Shown: positions 57,859 through 64,000 of the stretch, piece after piece
Layout of the letters: every line of letters begins with the position of its first letter
Numbering within the stretch: the stretch's first letter is position 1
Assembly (NCBI RefSeq): GCF_009914755.1
Contig: NC_060945.1
Origin: the human T2T-CHM13v2.0 reference genome, Homo sapiens
DNA: 64,000 nt
Reading direction: 5' to 3' (one strand)
Translations under genes and position numbers: made by a program
Notes under the pieces: model-generated
What the model was told of the DNA's origin: nothing
Databases searched by the model: none
Seen by the model: the letters and a program-made list of their open reading frames with translations, nothing else

Positions 57859-58133
57859 GGCTGGGGATTGTGGCTCATGCCTGTAGTCTCAGCACTTTGA
57901 GAAGCCGAGGTGAGTGGATCACTTGAGGCCAGGAGTTCAAGACCAGCCTGGCCAACATGGCAAAACCCTGTCTCTACCAAAAATACAAAAATTAGCCAGG
58001 TGTGGTGGCAGGCATTGTAATCCCAGCTACTCAGAAGGTTGAGGCATGAGAATGGCTTGAACCTGGGAGGCAGAGGTTGCAGTGAGCTGAGATGGCACTA
58101 CTGCACTCCTGTCTGGGCCACAGAGTGAGACCT
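57859..58133 (+). mobile_element. Alu (S/J)
   Basis: Alu motifs. Confidence 0.87.
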
Positions 58134-58589
58134 GGTCCCCCTGAGCACCCCCCCAACAAAGTAAAGGATTTGGGATTAAGCCCTAGTGTACTTGGAAATG
58201 TTGAGGTTGTTAAGATGAGCAGGAAAAAGAGAAGCAAGCAGAGGAGGGGCAGCGAGTGGAGTAGGAAGAGAAAGAGGGTGGTTTCCAAGGAGCCAAGTCA
58301 AGAATGTGCTTCGTGAGGACAGAATGATTACTGGGTTGATGCTGCAGATACTGTGTGTCAAATAAGGTAAGGACTGCATTGTATTTAGTGATAGAGAGGT
58401 CATTGCTGACACTGACAAGAGCCAGTTCAGAATGGTGGGGACAGAAGTATGATTTGAGTGGGCTCAAGAGAGAGTAGGGGAAAGAAATTTGAGTCCAGCA
58501 ATGATTAAAATATTCTTTGGGAAGACTTTTGCTGTGAAGGGAGCAAAAAGCTGAAGGTAGCTAAAGAGAGATACCAAGAGAAGGTAATT

Positions 58590-59205
<616 letters not shown>

Positions 59206-59442
59206 CAAAGAGGCTTTTTTTAATTGAATATGTGAAAATATATTTGTATGCAGAGGAGAATGATTCTGTAACAAAGGAAAATGGACAAAGCAGGAGAAGG
59301 AACAATTGTTGGAACAATGTCCTAGAGTATAAGAGAGAGTGGCACACTGAATACAAGCACAGGAGTTGGTCTTAGATGGGACTGACATCTCTAGCTATAT
59401 TACCTTATAGACAGCCACATGTAGCTATTTAAATGTAAATTA

Positions 59443-59809
<367 letters not shown>

Positions 59810-60144
59810 TCAATAGCTGCATATGGTTGGCGACTACAGTACTAGACAGCAGCAACAAAGAATATTTTGGTCATTACAGAAAGATCTGCTGAGCATGCCT
59901 GAGCTGAGAAATGAGGGAAGGCAGACATATGTATGAGCGCCTATGCAGAGAGGTGAGTAGATGTGGTTGCGGGGAGCTTGTGGAAAGTCTTTCCTGATTT
60001 CTTCTGTTTCTCACTAAAGGCTACTTAGGAGAAGGACCTGGAGCTTTGAGGAAAAGGTGCAGACTATATCTTTAGGAGATAGAGAGAGTGAGGGGACACG
60101 GGGAAAATGGCAGAATTGCAGAACAACTTTTAAGATCCACTTCA

Positions 60145-61370
<1,226 letters not shown>

Positions 61371-61683
61371 TTTAAAATATCCACTTTAGGTTAGTGATCT
61401 CTAATTTAGGGAAACCAATCAGCATGCTGTGTAGTTTTTTCCAACTTATGTTCACTGGCATGAATGCACTGTTACAGTAGGTAGAAAGCTGGGGCTAGTC
61501 CAATGAGTGGTTCTCTATCCTGGCTGCATGTTAGAATCACCTGGGTGAGTTATTTAAAAAAAAAAAAAAAAATCAGAAGCCTCATCCTTGTAGCCAAAGG
61601 ATCTGATTGAACATTCTGAAAATGGGGCCTGAGCAACGAACAATCTATTTAAAGCTCCCAAGGTGATTCTAACACAGACATGC

Positions 61684-62006
61684 TTTTTTTTTTTTTTTTT
61701 TTGAGACAAGGTCTCCCTTTGATGCTCAGACTGGAGTGCAGTGGCGCCATCTTGGCTTACCGCAACCTCAGCCTCCCAGGCTCAAGCGATTCTCCTGCCT
61801 CAGTCTCCTGAGTAGCTGGGATTACAGACGCATGCTACTACCACCTGGCTAATTTTTTTTGTTCTGTTTTTTTTTGTTTGTTTTTTTTTTTTTTTTTGTA
61901 TTTTTATTAGAGATGGGGTTTCACTGTGTTGGCCTGGCTGGCCTTGAACTCCTGACCTCAAATGATCCACCCACCTCAATCTCCCAAAGTGCTGGGATTA
62001 CAGGCC
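61684..62006 (-). mobile_element. Alu inside a MER5A-like element
   Basis: Alu motifs; flanks agtggttctc..gttagaatcacctggg / ttaagaaccac. Confidence 0.85.
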
Positions 62007-62439
62007 AGATACGTGTTTAAGAACCACGGAGTTAGAGTAAGAATGTGGAGGAAATGTGCAGAGTAGAGATGAAGGATGGGGAACTGTGTTACTGATGGAT
62101 CATGGGTTCCACAGGTGCAAAGAAAGGCACTCAGGATTTGTGCAGGGATGGGGGACGGGATGAGATTGAGAAGTGTTCAAGGCTGATGAGCAATGAGAGA
62201 TGGGCTGGGAATCTAGGGCTTCTTGGGTGACAAATACAAATTGGGTAAAGGGCACATGGAGATTTGCCATGCTGGTCTAAATCAGCACAATCAACATAAA
62301 TGTAGTACAGATAATTTTAAATCTTTTATTGACCTTACTAGAAAAGAAACAAGTAAACTTAGTTTAATAGTATATTTTGTTATCCAATGTATGCAAAATA
62401 TTATTTCTTTTTTTGTTGTTTTTGCAAATTTCTTAAAAA

Positions 62440-62577
62440 AAAAAATACAGACAGCATCTTGCTTTGTCGACCAGGCTGGTCTCAAACTCCTGGCCTCAAA
62501 CTCCTGGCCTCAAGCAGTCCTACCACCTCAGCCTCCCAAAATGTTGGGACTACACAAATGAGCCACCACACCCAGCC
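62440..62577 (-). mobile_element. Alu monomer inside a MER3/MER33-like element; 15-bp duplication ctcaaactcctggc
   Basis: Alu left-arm motifs. Confidence 0.75.
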
Positions 62578-64000
62578 CCAAATATCATTTCAACATGCAA
62601 TCAGTATAAACATTACTGAGATATTTGACATCCTTGTTTTTTTATAGTTAGTCTTCCAAGTTTGTGTGCATTTTACACTTCAAGCACATCCCAGTTCAGA
62701 GCAGACACATTTCAAGCGCTCGGTAACCACATGTGCAGTGGACCATGCAGGTCTAGGTGGTGGTGATGAGGTCGCAAATGTTGGATGATCTCTACAGAAC
62801 ATTCCTTTCAGAATACAAACATACTATAATATACTCAATCTTAAGGCAGCTGTATATGATTATATAGAATTATGTTCTTATTTAACCCAATATAGCTTTT
62901 CCAGAAAAGTATCATGAGAGTCTTAGTCACATGCTCTGCTAAAGTCCAAAAATTCCATGTTGGCCACACTTATCTAATAGAAATTAGTCTGGCATGAATT
63001 TCCTGGTGAATCCGTGCGAGCATCAGCTTCCAGAGGTGTCAGTTTCTTTTTTCTGTGTATTCTCATGCCAGTCTTTTAACAATCCAGTCTGCCTGCTTGC
63101 TTTCATTTGTGTGGAGCTGATCTTTTCTTATTTTCTGACAGTTGAAGTTACTTACTCTGGGGGAGAAAGGACGATGGGAAAATGAGCAACCACTTGCCAT
63201 TTAAGTGGTAGCAAAGCTGGATTTGATTTATTAGACCTGATGCTAGGATTCCAGATTATTATAAGCAAGAAACGGCTTGCATTGCTTGTGGAGGATCACG
63301 TGACAAAGGATTGACCAATCGACCATGGAAATAACTTGAAACTAAGTTGCCAAAGAGGGGGTGGTTGGAGGACAATGTCTAGATAAAAGGGCACCAAGAA
63401 AAATGAAGGAAAGGATGTTATGGAGAGAAAAGCAACAGAGAAGAGTGCCCTCACACGTGCTCGCAGAAAAAAATCAGGAAGTCGACTGGGGAAAAAAAGT
63501 TTGTGTGGATGCTTCTCTGTCTACGTACTGATGCTCAGAGTGGGAAAGAAGCAATCTGGTATTTTAACACAGGGAAGTAGACATGGCTTCATAGATGACA
63601 CCAAGTGTTGGTAGAATAAAACTGATAACTAGAGTTAAGGAATGAGAGTATAGTTCTTTTTCAAAAGAAACTGACCTGGGAGTATGCTCTTTTGCTTGCC
63701 CAGCTGGAAAAACATTTAAAAGCTCCCTCTTCAAACAGACAGCTTGAGTAGCCCCAGACCCAGGCGAACTCTTTGTCATTGTCCATGCCATTAGGGCAGG
63801 ATTTTAAAACAGGATTCTCACATCACTGCTCTACGTTGGAACACTGAATCAGATTATCTTTATCAGACAGTCTACACTCTATTCCCCCTCTTGTTCTGGT
63901 TTTATGCATTTCTGTGCTAGACTGAGTACATAATTTGTCAATAAAGCACGGATTTTGTGAATCAGACACATCCATGTTAAACCGGGGTCCATCATTTCCC

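Larger units (their letters stand above)
56300..58560 (-). mobile_element. Fragmented L2 hosting MLT1, L1PA and Alu insertions
   Basis: Purine-rich L2-type sequence (aaaggagtcaaagatgacccaaggcttttgg; tagagaggtcattgctgac). Confidence 0.7.

Overview
Primate (human-like) genomic DNA, recognisable as the 5' end of the amyloid precursor protein gene APP (chr21), transcribed on the - strand. Canonical exon 1 (CDS 38751-38695, MLPGLALLLLAAWTARALE, GT donor at 38694) lies in a CpG island with the classical TATA-less APP promoter elements: CTCF/APBbeta, E-box/APBalpha, GC boxes, HSE, AP-1 and the 5'UTR IRE/CAGA box. Positions 1-38694 are part of the very long intron 1; exon 2 is outside the window. Positions ~39300-64000 are upstream flank. 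Both sides are dense in Alu, L1, L2, MaLR/ERV LTRs, DNA-transposon fossils and microsatellites. The most notable signals are: (i) an intronic alternative coding first exon (MDQLEDLLVLFINY|GTAAGT, phase 0) that replaces the canonical signal peptide; (ii) overlapping opposite-strand splice donors just upstream of the promoter, suggesting an upstream APP exon and a divergent spliced RNA with a candidate terminal exon; (iii) a stop-free 5'UTR with in-frame ACG/GUG codons in strong context; (iv) a U6 retrocopy inside nested Alus, and a four-layer Alu/Alu/Alu/THE1 nest; (v) an Alu carrying a short L1-like 3' tag inside its target-site duplication. No prokaryote-type system or new protein-coding gene is supported. 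Repeat subfamily calls and boundaries are by eye and approximate.
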